Positions 1-12,925 of a stretch of DNA of 64,000 bases are shown piece by piece. The notes below the pieces were generated by a model. It did not search any database. It had not been told where the DNA came from and saw only the letters and a list, made by a program, of their open reading frames with translations. A program made the position numbers and the translations under genes. Each line of letters begins with the position of its first letter. The stretch's first letter is position 1. Location of the stretch: the NCBI GenBank assembly GCA_965287045.1, contig OZ336882.1, positions 64,666,001 to 64,730,000 of the forward strand, in the 5' to 3' direction. Origin of the DNA: Carcharhinus amblyrhynchos (Eukaryota).

Positions 1-122
1 TTTTGGCTGAGATGTCAGCTGTTTTGGTTGAGGTGGCAGAGGGCTGCTGGCAACTTTGCAACTGGGCCTGGCAAGATTCAGCACCTTCAGGAAATGAAGA
101 GAAAGGGGAAACCTCAGTACAC
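1..122 (-). CDS. Candidate exon of an unidentified minus-strand host gene (runs off the window edge)
   Basis: Unique sequence; minus-strand acceptor ctgtttag| at 123; two reading frames open to position 1 (e.g. VLRFPLSLHFLKVLNLARPSCK). No homology recognised. Confidence 0.15.
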
Positions 123-599
123 CTAAACAGGGCAGCTACAATATCAAAGTATTTGCAGAATGAATTGATGAGGCATATTTATTGTATGATTCACACCCCT
201 GATTTGCTTTACACAGCTGTTGGATCCCTTTTATCTGTCTATTTTCAGATCTTGAAGCAGACCCAGCTGTTTTCATAAGTATATATATATATATATTTTA
301 AGTACTTTGTTGTTTCATTTATTTGTAAATCTTCTGTTCATAATTTTGGATACACAACATTACATTACCAATTAGCTTTTGCTATGAATTGAAATGTCTT
401 TCATTAAATTTCAATGATATTTAATGGTGCATTGTAAATTTAATTAATAGAAATAAATATATGATTGATTCTAGAGACACGAGCATCAATCAGTTTGTCC
501 AAGTGATGAATAAATAAATTAGAAACTGCTGCTATTGAACAAAAGAGTAGCATGCAGCTCTCCGTCCTCATTTAACTGCTTCAGCACTGGCTTCGCCAA

Positions 600-790
600 C
601 ATTGGCAAGAGGAGCAGAAACAGGACCAGAAAAGATTTCTTCACAGAGCGAGTGGTTAAGGCCTGGAAAACGCTGCCAGAGAGTGTGGAGGTGTGCTTGA
701 TCGAAGCACTGGAAAGAGTATTGGTCTGCCACCTGAAGAGGAAGAATGGGTTATGGGGAGAAAGGAAGAGAATGGGCTGGAATTTCTGCT
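600..790 (+). mobile_element. Old CR1 LINE 3' fragment
   Basis: Translates RKDFFTERVVKAWKTLPESV, the CR1 ORF2 C-terminal FFxxRVVxxWNxLP motif. Confidence 0.65.
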
Positions 791-806
791 CCCCCCCTCA
801 TGGCAT

Positions 807-1073
807 GACATCTCTTTAACCTGTGCATAATGCTCTTTCCACTCACATTGTCAGCATCTTTAAGACTTGAACAGCAGGTTAGTTGTAAAGACTTGCGTTC
901 TAATCAGGAACCTGTAAGCTGTGTGTGCTGTTATATGCTCTGTCTGAGGCCAGAACTCTCCAAACCCCAAAAGCTTGTGAGTTTACTATCAAATAAATTA
1001 GTTGGACTTAAACCTGGTGTTGTCAGACTTCTTACTGTGTTTACCCCAGTCCAACGCCAGCATCTCCACATCA
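807..1073 (+). mobile_element. Penelope-like terminal repeat, family A, solo copy with the hammerhead core deleted
   Basis: Colinear with 24075-24322 plus the 3' tail (ccagtccaacgccagcatctccacatc); the ctgacga core and part of stem II are missing near 960. Confidence 0.75.
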
Positions 1074-1109
1074 TGCTTTCCAATACCAGGGACAGCTTAC
1101 CATTGGTCG

Positions 1110-1273
1110 GCAGTGGGACCAGAAGATCTCGCTGATGTCTACAGTGTCTTGTGTTGTTCACACCACCTCGTAATGGGTTCCTTGATCATGGAAGGTGCAA
1201 ACAACACAAGACGCTGTTAACATCTGCAAACTGGAAGATCCCGCTGGCAGGGAGGGCCAGGAAATTCAGCCCA
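1110..1273. mobile_element. Quasi-palindromic MITE, probably PIF/Harbinger-derived
   Basis: Ends in ggaaattcagccc, the TIR type seen at 7064, 11520, 37953 and 56797; shares the agaagatcc motifs with 7064-7225. Confidence 0.45.
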
Positions 1274-2639
1274 ATTGCACTAATGATTTGCTTATTCGGA
1301 GAAGCGCTGCAAACACTTGGGCAGCGACCGAGTCATATTTACCAAGAAGGTCTCACACGATGGGCCGAATGGCTGCCTTCTGGCTGTAGTAATTGTGTGA
1401 CATTTTCAGGCTTAATTCGGGGCCATTTCTGGAGTGCCTTAATGGGCCTCATGGCTCAAATTAGCAGGACAGATGCGGCCAAAGTTCCTGCTCCTGATTG
1501 TTGTCCACAACCTCCTGACTGGAAAATATATGACTGGGATTCATTAATCAGGATTAGGCTTGGTTCTAAATTCCTTCACAGTCGAATAGTCTGCCCCAAA
1601 GTCACTTAGTAGCCCAGTCAATGAAGAACTGGAACAGTGCTGCCATCATTGCAGTTGTACCCTACTAACATCAGGATAGGAGCTGGCTAAGGCTAAGGAA
1701 GAGCAAGACTCAGAATCAATAGACACATTTAAGAAAAACCTAAATCAGCACATGAGAGAAAGACATATTAGGTTCGACTGATAAAATTAGAGAAAGCTCA
1801 TTGGAGCATTTCCACCAGGATAGAACAACTGGGCTGAACGGCCTGTTTCTTCACCGCAAATTCTATATATCACCCCATGCATCTACCATGAACTCTATCA
1901 TGTGCTGGAAGTGTTCGACCTCTAAAGAGAGACAAATGATGTAAATTCTACTTCAGTCAGTAACAAAGATGAACACAGTGGTGCAATGGGATTCAGGTAC
2001 AGAATGAAACAAAAACCTGGCTGTGTTCTGGTTATTGGATGGATGAGCACATTCTCTTTGTCAGCACTTAAAGGCTTGGGAAATTATTCTGTTATTATGA
2101 CGCTGGTAAAATAGGAATTAAATAAAACAACTGACTGTGTGGATTTGACTCTGGATGTGAAGTAAATGTGTTAAAGGTTGGCAGAATTGGGCTCAACTTT
2201 CAACTTTCACTGTTCTAAGTTAACTGTGCTGGTGTTCTTGAGCTGAAAATGCCAATTTCTCAGTAGTTTACTGCCTGTTAAGAATATTGGAAATTACGAT
2301 TCACTTCTGCATTTCCTACTCTAACTCATTTCTTCCGTGGACTACGTAACTTCAGAGCCCGCTCACATCACCTGACTTTTCTTCCTGTGATATCAGCTGC
2401 GGCTCAATCCTCTGATTCAGAAGGTTGTAGGTTCCTAACCCATTGCAGGCACAAAGTTAAGGCTAAAATTCCAATGCAGAACTGAGGGAACTCGGCTGCT
2501 TTTTCAAACAGCAATCCAGTTAGAGTTCCTCTTCCCATTTCCCTCCATTCTTTTCTTTTCAAATAGTTATCCAGTTCCACTTTGAAAGTTACTATTGAAT
2601 CTGTCTCTTGTTGTGAAGACCACAGTTCAGACCAGGTGT

Positions 2640-3630
2640 ATTCAAAGATATCCTGTGATGTCCCTCATGGTTGGGATGTTGTGCACAATTCTAGTCTCTA
2701 AATTACAAAAATGAAGTGAGGCACTCACGAAGGCGCAAAACAGATTTTTAAAAATTGATACCAGGACTGATATCTGTTAGGAAAATTGAGAAGCAGGCAC
2801 ACTGTTATGTGGAAACAGTGATCTGAACATGCTTTTTATGTAAAGGTTTGATATGGTAGTGTTGGAGAAAGTATTTTTGCTGGCTGGAGGCCTAACTAGG
2901 GTAATAAATATGTATTTACTAATAGATCCAATAATAGAGCTCGGGGATGCAGAGGGACCTTGGTGTCCTAGTATATGAATAGTAAAAGTCTAGCATGCAG
3001 GTACTGCAAGTAATTAGGAACGGTAACAGAATGTTATAGTTTACAATGAGGGGAATTGAATACAAAAGTAGGGAGGTTATGTTTCAGTTGTACAGGACAC
3101 ATTTGGACCATATGTAGAGTACTGTATACAGCACTGGTCTCCTTAATCAAGGAAAGATGTAAGTGTGTTAGAATCAGTTCAGAGACGTTTGACCAGACCA
3201 AAACCAGGAATGGGTGGGTTGTTTTATGAGGAAAGGTTGGAGAGGTTAGGTTTGTATCCACTAGAGTTTAGAAGAGTAAGGGGTGACTTGATTGAAACTT
3301 TTAAGATCCTGAGGGGTATTGACAAGGTGTATATGGAAAGGCTATTTCTTCTTGTCGGAAAATCTAGATCTAGAGGTCACTGTTTAAAATCATCCATTTA
3401 AGACAGAGATGAGGAGAATTTTTTCTTGCAGAGGGTCCTTGAAACTCTCTTCCTCAAAAAGTGGTGTAAGCAGAATCTTTTGTTTTTAGGCAGAGGCAGA
3501 TATATTCTTGATAAGCATGGGGTGAAAAGTTATTGGGGATATGCAAAAGTTTATGGTCAGAATTGCCATGACTTTATTGAATGGTGGAAAAGCCCAAGGT
3601 GCCGAGTGGCCTACACCTGCTCGGGATACA
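2640..3630 (+). mobile_element. Decayed CR1 (HER1-type) LINE, 3' part of ORF2 plus 3' UTR
   Basis: ORF 3165-3401 LESVQRR...YEERLERLGLYPLEFRRVRGDLIETFKILRGID; CR1 3' UTR (gccatgactttattgaatggtgg...ggcctac). Confidence 0.9.
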
Positions 3631-3702
3631 GGATGTCTATTTAAGAAATTCAGGAGAAACCTCTTTACCCAGAGCATAGTTAGAGTGTAGCACTTGCTAC
3701 AG

Positions 3703-4020
3703 AATTATAGAATCCATAAAGTGCAGAAGGAGGCCATTTGGCCCACAAGCCTGCACCAACAACAATCCCACCCAACCTCTATCCCTGTAATCCCACATAT
3801 TTACCCTGCTAATCTCCCTAATCTTGGGGCACTAAGGGGCAATTTATCATGGCCAATCAACCTAACCCTCACATCTTTGGAGTATGGGAGGAAACCTGAA
3901 CACTCGAAGGAAACCAATGCAGACATGGGGAAAAAAATGCAGACACCCCACAGTCAGCCAAGGCCGGAATTGAACCCAGGTCCCTGGGGTTGTGAGACGG
4001 CATTGTGTCGCCATGCCACA
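3703..4020 (-). mobile_element. HE1/V-SINE inserted in a CR1 3' fragment (3635-4195, +)
   Basis: Reverse complement of a tRNA-like head (ggcatggcgacacaa...gggttcaattcc) and V-domain (ggtttccttcgagtgttcaggtttcctccc...gattggccatg); CR1 sequence resumes at ~4023. Confidence 0.85.
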
Positions 4021-5624
4021 CGTTGAGGTGAATAGCAGATTTGTGAGAAAGTTAGATAAACACATATGGGTGAAAGAAATTGAAGGCTATGCTAATAGCA
4101 TTCGATGAAGAGAGGGCAGAGGAGGCTTGTGTGGTGCAAAAAAACTGGCATGGACCTATTGGTCTGCATGGCCTGTTTTGGTGTAGGACATTCTATGAAT
4201 AATATATCACAAGATGCACAATGCCATATTCCGCTACTAATGTGGATCTGCATTTAAAATGATGGTCATAGTTCTTGTAAACTTGAACTCAGTCCTCATG
4301 TTTAATTGTTATGTGATCATTGGCACCTAGTCGACTGAAGCATGCCTGCTGGATTGATATCTCAGTGAGGAGCAGAGATCTATTTTACATCTGGATCAAG
4401 GTGGGAACCTGTAAGTTAGACAACTGGGAGGGTCGCATCATGATATAACACTGAACTAGCCACCTGTCTCCTGGCCCACAGGTAGGTGTGTGAAGCATGT
4501 CTAGCTGCTAATGCACCCTGTCCATTTTAAGACCACTTCTCAGGTCAAGTGGTCCACACCAATGCCTGAGGGAAATATTTCAAAGTAAAATGATTATTAC
4601 TGTTGAAGGGAAATGCCAGATCATTTAAGGGTGAGGACAAAAGGCTGCCTTTTTCCTTGGATTTGCATATTGGTTGTGGTTTGCTCATGTTTCTCACAAA
4701 GTGTGATGTCTGAGTTATAACACATTTTATAGGGAGAGAGAAAGATAAAATAACAGACATGTGACAATGGATTTTAGACCATGAGTTCTTAGACTGTAAT
4801 CTAATCTTGGGTTCAGAGGACTGCTTAAACTTCATGTCCCTTTACAAAACCATACGCAATGATATTTGATCTCCCCATGAAATGTCAGGCCTGCAACTCA
4901 ACTTCAGGTATCCATTATTCAACATATATTTCATTCAAATTTGACGTTTTAGATTCCTGTGTTTCCATACCATGTAATACCTTCATCTGTCTCAAAATCA
5001 CAAATTCCCTCCAGTTAGGTCAGTGCTCTATAAAGTATATAAATCTCTTTCACTACCATAATTTTATGACTCTCAATATAATCCTGTGCTTGTTGACTCA
5101 GGGCAGATACAGCTTTGAAGATTGCTGCCAATAATGTTATTTTGCAATATTACAAGCGTGTATCAAACCATTATTGTTACAGAGGCACTAATAGGCCGTT
5201 TACAATGAATGGGGAATACCGTCTGTTAAACTAGCTGAGGAAGACCTTTGATTTGTGCACATTAAATGTTTCTGCTGATATTGCACATGGATTGAATTGT
5301 GATCTTGATCTATACATCTGGTATTCGGGCTCAAGCACTTAACAAATATTCACATCATCAATTATCTGTAATTCCACCTTGCATTTCTCGTGATTCAAAT
5401 GGACCAACTCAAATGTTCAATACATAATTTCATTCCCTGGGTTTTTTGGAATTCCAATAGTGGAAGTTGTTTCCCGTCTTATAGAATTTTAACGGAGTAA
5501 ATCACTCCTCGTGTTATATACATGAAAGGACTAAGCGCTCCCAATTGTGCGGAATTCACATTTCATATGGCTCCATGTCCCAATCTGCAATCCCACACTG
5601 GACTTATCCCACCGCAGCATGGGA

Positions 5625-5930
5625 TATTTAATCCAGGTGTTTAAAGTTTTGATAGAGTGAGTACGGGAATACCATTTCCTCGTACTGGAGAGGCAGTGAT
5701 GAGAGGATATCTCTTTCAATTTCTTACTAATATGGTGCATGGAGAGGTCAGGAGAAATGTTTTCTTATTCAGAAATTGTTAGAGAATGGAACGTTTTGCC
5801 TAAGGGAATAGTTGAGCCAGACACCACTGGATCTTTTAAGGAAGCTTGCACAAACATGTCAAGCTGAGGGAGATATAAGGTCGCATGGTGCGGGCACTGC
5901 AGTTGGGATTAGTCTTGGATTGTTGTAGTC
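5625..5930 (+). mobile_element. Old CR1 3' fragment
   Basis: Degenerate FKVLIE / RRNVFxxRIVREWNVLP motifs. Confidence 0.5.
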
Positions 5931-6214
5931 TGCAAAGTGAAACAAACACCTTTTAAGCTTCATTCTCATTGTACAGAACTATAGTACAAGACAAAATTGC
6001 TCCAAAATATGAATCTTTTACATATCCTACATTTCTAGCTGATGTATAACACTCAAACATGGAGTCAGTGTTGAAGCATAAGATCTTCAATGAGTTGGGT
6101 ACTTATTTCTGAAGACCCCAAACCATCAGTTCAGATGGCCTGTTGCCTTTCATTACGTAAAGCCATCGCATATAACGTAAGGGACAGTGAAAGCAAAGCA
6201 GTTGAATGTCCATC

Positions 6215-6760
6215 ATATCATGGAGTCAGGCCCATCGGCCCAACTCGTCCATGCCGATCAGGTTTCCTAAACTGAATTACTCCCATTGCCTGCGTTTGGC
6301 CCATATCCCTCTAAACCTTTCCCATCCATGTACCTATCCAAATGTCTTTTAAATGTTGTAACTGTTCCCGCCTCCACCATCTCCTCTGGCAGCTCATTCC
6401 ATATACACACCATCCTCTGGGTGAAAAAAGTACCCCTCAGTCCTTTTTAAATCATTCTCCTCTTACGTTAAAATTATGCCCCCCAGTTTTGGGCTCTCCT
6501 ACCCTGAGGAAAAGACCTTGGCTATTCTCCTTATCAGCGCCCCTCATGATTTTATAAACCTCTGTTTATATGAGGTCACCCCTCATCCTCCCTCAGGGAA
6601 AAAAGTCCCAGCGTCTCCTTATAATTCAAATCTTCCTGTCCCAGTAACATCCTTGTTAACCTTTTTTGCACCCTTTCCAGTTCAATAACATACTCCCTAG
6701 AGCAGGGCAACCAGAATTGTACACAATACTCCAAACGTGGCCTTAACAATGTCCTACATC
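6215..6760 (-). mobile_element. CR1 LINE 3' fragment
   Basis: Reverse complement reads RPRLEYCVQFWLP...QRMVCIWNELPEMVVEAGTVTTFK, then the CR1 tail. Confidence 0.85.
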
Positions 6761-6764
6761 CTTT

Positions 6765-7395
6765 TAATGTATTGAAATCAGTTCAGAGAGGGAGTATCAG
6801 ACTAATGCATGGAATAGGCAGATTGGACAGGCTAGGCTTGTAACTGTTGGAGTTTAGGAGAATAAGAGGTGACTTGATTAAATATACAAGATCCTGAGAG
6901 ATCTTGACTGGGTGGATGTGGAAAGGATGTTTCATTTTGTGGAAGAATTTAGAACAAGTTTAAAAATAAGGGGTTGCCCATTTAAGACAGAAATGAGGAG
7001 AATCTTTTTCTCTCGTGAAGTTTTAGAAACCTCTTCCTCTAAAGGTGGTGGAAGCAGAGCTTCTGGGCAGGATTTTCCAGCCCTTCTTGCCGGTGGGAAC
7101 TTCAGATCCTGTCAAAAGTGACTCCTCACAGTTGGTTACTCCAGCAGCGGAAGGGGCAACACAAGGAAAAGGCTATAGACATTTGCGGAAACCAGAAGAT
7201 CCCAGCAACAGCCAATGGCAATCCAAATATTTACAAGGCTGAGGGAGATAGCTTCTTAATTAGCAAGGGGGTGAAAGGTTATCGGGCGTAGTGGGAATAT
7301 GCAGTTGAGATTATAATCAGATCAGCCATGAACTTATTGAATGGTGGAGAAGGCTGGAAGAGCTGAATGGCCTGCTTCTAATTCAAATGTTCACG
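6765..7395 (+). mobile_element. CR1 LINE 3' fragment interrupted by a MITE (~7064-7225)
   Basis: GDLIKYKILR..VDVERMF..FKTEMRRIFFS; the MITE starts gggcaggattttcc. Confidence 0.85.
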
Positions 7396-8135
7396 CAAAA
7401 GTGAGGAACAATGCAGAATTGTTGTTACAACATCCCCATTGACTAATTATTCACCATGTTCCCATCATAAGCTTCAGTTCATACCACAGGGAATTATATA
7501 AATGCAAATACACTGATTCAGTTGGCAGCATCTTAACTGTGAGCCAAGAACTTGAGAGTTCAAGAACCAAAATTCAACCGAATAATCTAGGCTGACACTG
7601 AGGAGGGCAGCAGTTCCACTGGTTCCAGCTTTCAGAAGAGAGAGATCAAGTTGACTTCTGATTGTTCAGGTAGATAATGGAGAGGACCACAATGATAAGG
7701 CTGGCTTTTCCTCCTCACAGGACATCAGTAAGAACAGATTAATTGATCATTAATCTCATTGCAGTTTGGGGGAACATGCTGTGCCTATACAGCAGTGGCA
7801 AGATTTCAAAGTCGTTTATATTTGTGACGTGCTTGGAGGTGTTTCTGAGAGATATAACGAGGTTCCACAGAAAGACAAACCTCGCTTTATTTCCTATGTT
7901 TCTAGTCAAGACATTTTTTTGCTTTGATGGGATGTGGAGGTTGCTGACAAGGTTGGCATTTAATGTCCATCCCAAATTGCCCTTGAATTGAGTGACTCGT
8001 GAGGCCATTTCAAAGGTCAGCTAAGAGTCAACCACATTGCTGTGGCTCTGGAGTCACATGTAGGCCAGAGTATTTAAGGACGGCAGATTTAATATCCCTA
8101 AAGTACACTGGTGAACCAGATGGGTTTTTATGACA

Positions 8136-8234
8136 CTGGCTTTGACAAAGGTTCATCTGAACTCAAAACATCAGTTCTTTTCTCTCCTTACAAATGCTGC
8201 CAGTCCTGCTGAGATTATCCAACATTTTCCCTTT
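8136..8234 (+). mobile_element. Penelope-like terminus, family B, decayed hammerhead, 15-bp TSD
   Basis: ttgacaa-aggttcatctgaactc-aaaa-catc is a decayed CTGANGA/stem II/GAAA; flanked by tgggtttttAtgaca (8121-8135) and tgggtttttGtgaca (8235-8249). Confidence 0.7.
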
Positions 8235-8267
8235 TGGGTTTTTGTGACAATTCATAGTTTTGTGGTT

Positions 8268-9248
8268 ACCATTTATATAGATGATCTGAAGGAGGGAACA
8301 GGGTGTATGGTGTCGAAATTTGCTGATGACACTAAGATTGGTGGAACGGCAAATTGCGCGGAGGGTGTGGAGAGTCTACAGAAGGATCTGGATAGGCTGG
8401 GCGAATGGGCCAGGAACTGGCAAATGGAATTTAATGTTGCAAGTGCAAGGTGGTCCACTTTGGCAGGAATAATGGTAGGAAGGATTATTACTTACGTGGC
8501 AAAAAACTGCAGCAGGCGACGGTGCAGAGGGACCTCGGGGTCCTTGTGCATGAGTCGCAAAAACCCAGCCTGCAGGTGCAGCAGGTGGTCAGGAAGGCAA
8601 ATGGGATGCTGGCCTTCATAGTGAGGGGGATTGAATGTAAAAGTAGGGAGGTCTTGCTGCAGCTGTATAGGGCATTGGTGAGGCCGCAGCTGGAGTACTG
8701 TGTGCAGTTTTGGGCGCCGTACTTACGCAAGGATATTTTGGCCTTGGAGGGAGTGCAGAGGAAGTTTACTAGGCTGATGCCGGAGTTGAAGGGGTTGAGC
8801 TATGAGGAGAGGCTGAATAAACTAGGCTTGTACTCGTTAGAGTTTAGAAGAATGAGGGGAGATCTCATTGAGACATATAAGATGATGAATGGGATGGATA
8901 GGATAGAGGTGGAGAGACTCTTCCCGCTCAGAAAGGACAGTAGGACGAGGGGGCACAGCCTCAAGATAAAGGGGGGGCGGTTTAGAACAGAGTTGAGGAG
9001 GAACTTCTTCACTCAAAGGGTGGTGAATCTCTGGAATTCTCTGCCCGTTGAAGTGGTGGAGGCTGCCTCGCTAAATATTTTTAAGATGCGGGTTGATGGG
9101 TTTTTGATAAGAGAGGGGATTAAGGGTTATGGGGAGAGGGCGGGAATGTGGAACTGAGCCACGACAGATCAGCCATGATCTTATTGAATGGCGGGGCAGG
9201 CTCGAAGGGCTAGATGGCCTACTCCTGCTCCTATTTCTTATGTTCTTA
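8268..9248 (+). mobile_element. Young 5'-truncated CR1 LINE (RT C-terminus, one frameshift)
   Basis: IYIDDL...KFADDTKIGG, then ORF 8450-9157 (RPQLEYCVQFWAP...FFTQRVVNLWNSLP); tail ctcctatttcttatgttctta; CpG-rich. Confidence 0.95.
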
Positions 9249-9449
9249 AGAGCACTTTTACTTCCAGGTTTATTAATTTTAATTTAAATTCCACCAGCTG
9301 CTGTGGTGGAATATGAACCCTCGACCCAGAGATTTAGCCTGGACCCCTGAATTAATAGTCAGTGACATTATCGTAACACCACTATCTTCCCTTTTGTGAG
9401 TGTATTTTTATGCTCCGCACGGCGAAAGTCATCAGCATTTCCATCGCCT

Positions 9450-9725
9450 GCCCTTTTCTATATTATTACTGAACTATTGAATTTAAAATTCTCCTCCCCA
9501 TGTTCAAATCCATCCATGGCCTCATTCATTCCTACCTCTGCTGTCTCCTCCTTTCCTGCACTTGTCCAGAAAGTCTGAATTCCTCCAATTCCTCGCACAT
9601 CTCCAAATTGCTTTGCGTTACCTTCAGCCATTTCAGCTCAGTGGATGAAATTCCCTCCCTAAACCTCTGTCTTCTGCTTTAAGATGCTTCCTGCAACATA
9701 TCCCTTTGATCAAACAATTGGTCTG
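9450..9725 (+). mobile_element. L2-like LINE 3' fragment (continues ~10385-10450)
   Basis: FKILL..FKSIHGL..SYL..LL / AFS....WNSLP-like motifs; a related piece lies at 57275-57600. Confidence 0.55.
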
Positions 9726-9734
9726 AGGAACTTC

Positions 9735-10385
9735 AGGCCTTAGGAGCAGGAGCTGGTCATTCAACCCTTCAAGTCTGCTCCATCATTGAATAAGATCATG
9801 CCTGATCTGAATATAGCCTAAACTCTACTTTGCTGTCCACCGCTCAGAACCTTTGACTCACTTGTCTATGAAAAATCTGTCCAACTCTGCCTTAAATAAA
9901 TGTAATGACACTGCCTCCATTGCTCTCTGGTGAAATGAGTTCTACAGACTAGTTTATTTCTCTGAGAGAAATAAACTCTCCTCATTTCCACTAATATGGT
10001 AGACGTCCTACACTTAAACTCCTCATTCCAATAGGTTACTTGGCTTCTTCTCTCATAAAAACATAGAAACTAGTAGGCCATTCAGCCCTTCGATTCTGTT
10101 CCACCATTCGTTATGATCACAACTGATCATTAGATTCAATATCCTGATTCCCCTCTTCCCCCTCTCTCCCTTGATCCCTTTAGCGACAAGAGCTTTATCC
10201 AATTTCATCTTGAAACCACACAACATTTTGGCTTCAACTACTTTCTGTGGTAGTGAGTCCCACATATTCACCACTCTCTGGGTGAAGAAATGTCTCCTCA
10301 CCTCGTTCTAAAATGTTTACTCCTTATCCTCAAACTATGACCCCCAGTTTTGGATTCTCACACCATTGGGAACATTCTTGGTGTA
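9735..10385 (-). mobile_element. Two CR1 3' ends (9735-10025 and 10053-10385)
   Basis: ORF 10053-10301 (-) MRRHFFTQRVVNMWDSLPQKVVEA; CR1 tails present. Confidence 0.85.
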
Positions 10386-10739
10386 AATGTTTGTCTAATT
10401 GTGTCTCTGTGATGTGCTTCTGTGTTGAAGGCACTACATGAATGCAAGTAGTAGATGGCTGGGCTTTCTCACTCCTGCCAGCAAACCCCTCGTACAAGTT
10501 ATTTTCGCTAATTAAAATAAACTTCAAAATTCTCGGAGCTGTCAGAAGCAATTGATATCCAGCAAGAAAGATGTTACAGGAGAAATCTTAACTGTAGTTG
10601 GAGCTAATTTGTGTAACTATATCATTCTTTATGTTCTTTCCATTCTGGCATGAGTAACAAAGTGGGTCATTGCACAAATTAGAATGTACAGAACACTAGG
10701 TACAATAGGTCCAGCCAAATGTCCACAAAAATGCTAAAT

Positions 10740-12925
10740 AATCAAGGGACAGTGTGGTGGGAGGGGGTATAAATACAATAACTATCACCTAGAGAAAAAG
10801 TACTCGGGAAATAATGGGGCTAAAGGCCAGTAGGTCCCCAGGACCTGATGGGTTCCATCCCAGGAAATTAAAGGAAGTAGCTACAGTGGGTGCATTAGTA
10901 TTACATCTCCCAAGAATCATTAAATTCTGGAAAAGTCCCAGAGGATTGGAAAACTGCCAATGTTATTGAAAATGTGAGAAAGACACAAAACAGGTAACTA
11001 TAGGTTAGTTAGCTTGACTCTGTCATTGGGAATATGCTATGAGTCCATTATAAATGATGTAATCGCAGAGAATTTAGAAATGAATAATATAATCAAGCAG
11101 AGGCAGCATAGCTTCATGAAGGGGAAATCATGCCTGACAAGTTTACTGGATTTCTTTGAGACGGTAACAAGGAGGATAGATAAAGGGGAACAAGTAGATG
11201 TAATATACATGGATTTCCAAAACGCATTTCATAAGGTACCGCACAAAAAGTTACTTAATAAGATAAGAGTCCGTTGATTGGGGGTTATATAGATGTTGTA
11301 TGGATAGAGAATTGGCTAATTGAAAGAAGATGAGTTGAGATAAGAGGGGCTATTTTAGAATGGCAACATATAACAAATGGAATGCCATAGGGATTAGTAC
11401 TGGGTCACAATTATTTACAATAGTATATTATATATGAATGATCTGGACAAGGGAAGCAAATGTTCTATTGCAAAGTTTGCAAATGACACAAAAATAGGTG
11501 GTAAGGGTGAGGTAAACAAGGAAATTTTCCTGTCCCACCCATCATGGGAATCATAGAAGTGGGGGGGAGGGGAGCGATGGGGGGCGCTGGGAGACCATAC
11601 AAAAGGTCCATTGACCTTGGGTAGGATTTTCCAGTTTTGGGATGAGCACAGCCAGAAAATCCTACTCAAAGGGTATAGCCATCTTAAGTGAATGGACAAA
11701 AATTTTACAGATGGAATACAATATAGGAAGATGTACAATTATGCCCTTTGGTAGGAAGAATAAAGGAACTGAGTATTATTTAAATGGAGAAAGACTGCAG
11801 CAAACTACAGCACAGAGATTTGGATGTCCTCATGTATAAATCATAAAAAGCTAGTATGCAAATTCAGCAGGTAATAGGGAAAGCAAATGGAATGTTGGCC
11901 TTTATTTCAAAGGAAATTGAGCTTTTGTTTTATTTGTTCATGGGGCATGGGCGTCGCTGGCTGGCTAGCATTTATTGCCCATTCCTAATTACCCTTGCTA
12001 GGCAATTTCAGAGGGCAGTTGAGAGTCAACCACATTGTTGTGAGTCTGGAGTCACATGTAGGCCAGTCCAGGTAAGGATTTCCTTCCCTAAAGGACATGA
12101 GTGAACCAGATGGGTTTTTCCAACAATCAACAATGGCTTCATGGTCATCGGCGGATTCTTAATTCCAGATATTTTTATTGAAGTCAAATTCCAGCCTCTG
12201 CCATGGTAGGATTCGAACCTGAGTCCCCAGAACATTAGCTGAGTTTCTGGATTAATACTGTAATGATGATACCAAAAGGCGATCGCCTCCCTCAAAAAGT
12301 ATAAAATTGGGGAAGTTTTACTAAAACTATACAAGACACTAGTTAGACCAGGCCTAGAATACTGTGAATTATCTAAAGAAAGATATACTGTTATTGGTAT
12401 TCCAGAAAACGTTCACTAGGTTGATCCTAGGTCTGGAGAGATTTTCTTAAGCAGAGAGGTTGTGTAGATTGGGCCTGCACTCATTGGAGTTTGGAAGAAT
12501 GAGGGGCAAACTTATTGACACATACAGGATTCTCAGGGGCTTGACAGGGTAGATGCTCAGAAGTTGTTTCCTCTTGTGGAAAGATCTTGTACCTGAGGGC
12601 ATAATTTCAGAGCAAGGGTTCACCCCCATTTAAAACAGTGATTTAGAAGAATTTTTTCTGAGTGCAGTGAATCTGTGGAATTCTTCATCACAGAGAATTG
12701 TAGGGGTTGAGTCCTCAATCTTTGAACATAATTGATGACTCAGCCCCTACAATTCTTTGAGATTGACAGATTTTTAATCCGTAAAGGAATCAAGGATTAT
12801 GGAGATAAAGCAGGAACGTGGAGTTGAGGATTATATCAGATCAGTCATGATCTCATTGAATGGTGGTGCTGACTCAATGGGCCAAATGGCCTACTTCTGT
12901 TCCTATGTTTAGTCATCTAATGGTT
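10740..12925 (+). mobile_element. Long decayed CR1 ORF2 with a nested MITE (~11520-11667) and SINE (11922-12291)
   Basis: SPGPDGFHP, PEDWKTANV, GNYRxVSL, QHSFMKGKSCLT, DFQxAFxKVPH and KFANDTK motifs in order, then the 3' UTR. Confidence 0.92.
11922..12291 (-). mobile_element. tRNA-headed SINE with a LINE-shared 3' tail
   Basis: Head with B-box-like ggttcgaatcc; the tail matches the 3' end of the LINE at 56535-57235. Confidence 0.8.

Larger units (their letters stand above)
7915..9392 (-). mobile_element. tRNA-headed SINE with a LINE-derived tail, split by a PLE terminus (8136-8234) and a young CR1 (8268-9248)
   Basis: Pieces 7915-8135, 8235-8270 and 9250-9392 join into the element seen intact at 11922-12291. 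Confidence 0.75.
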
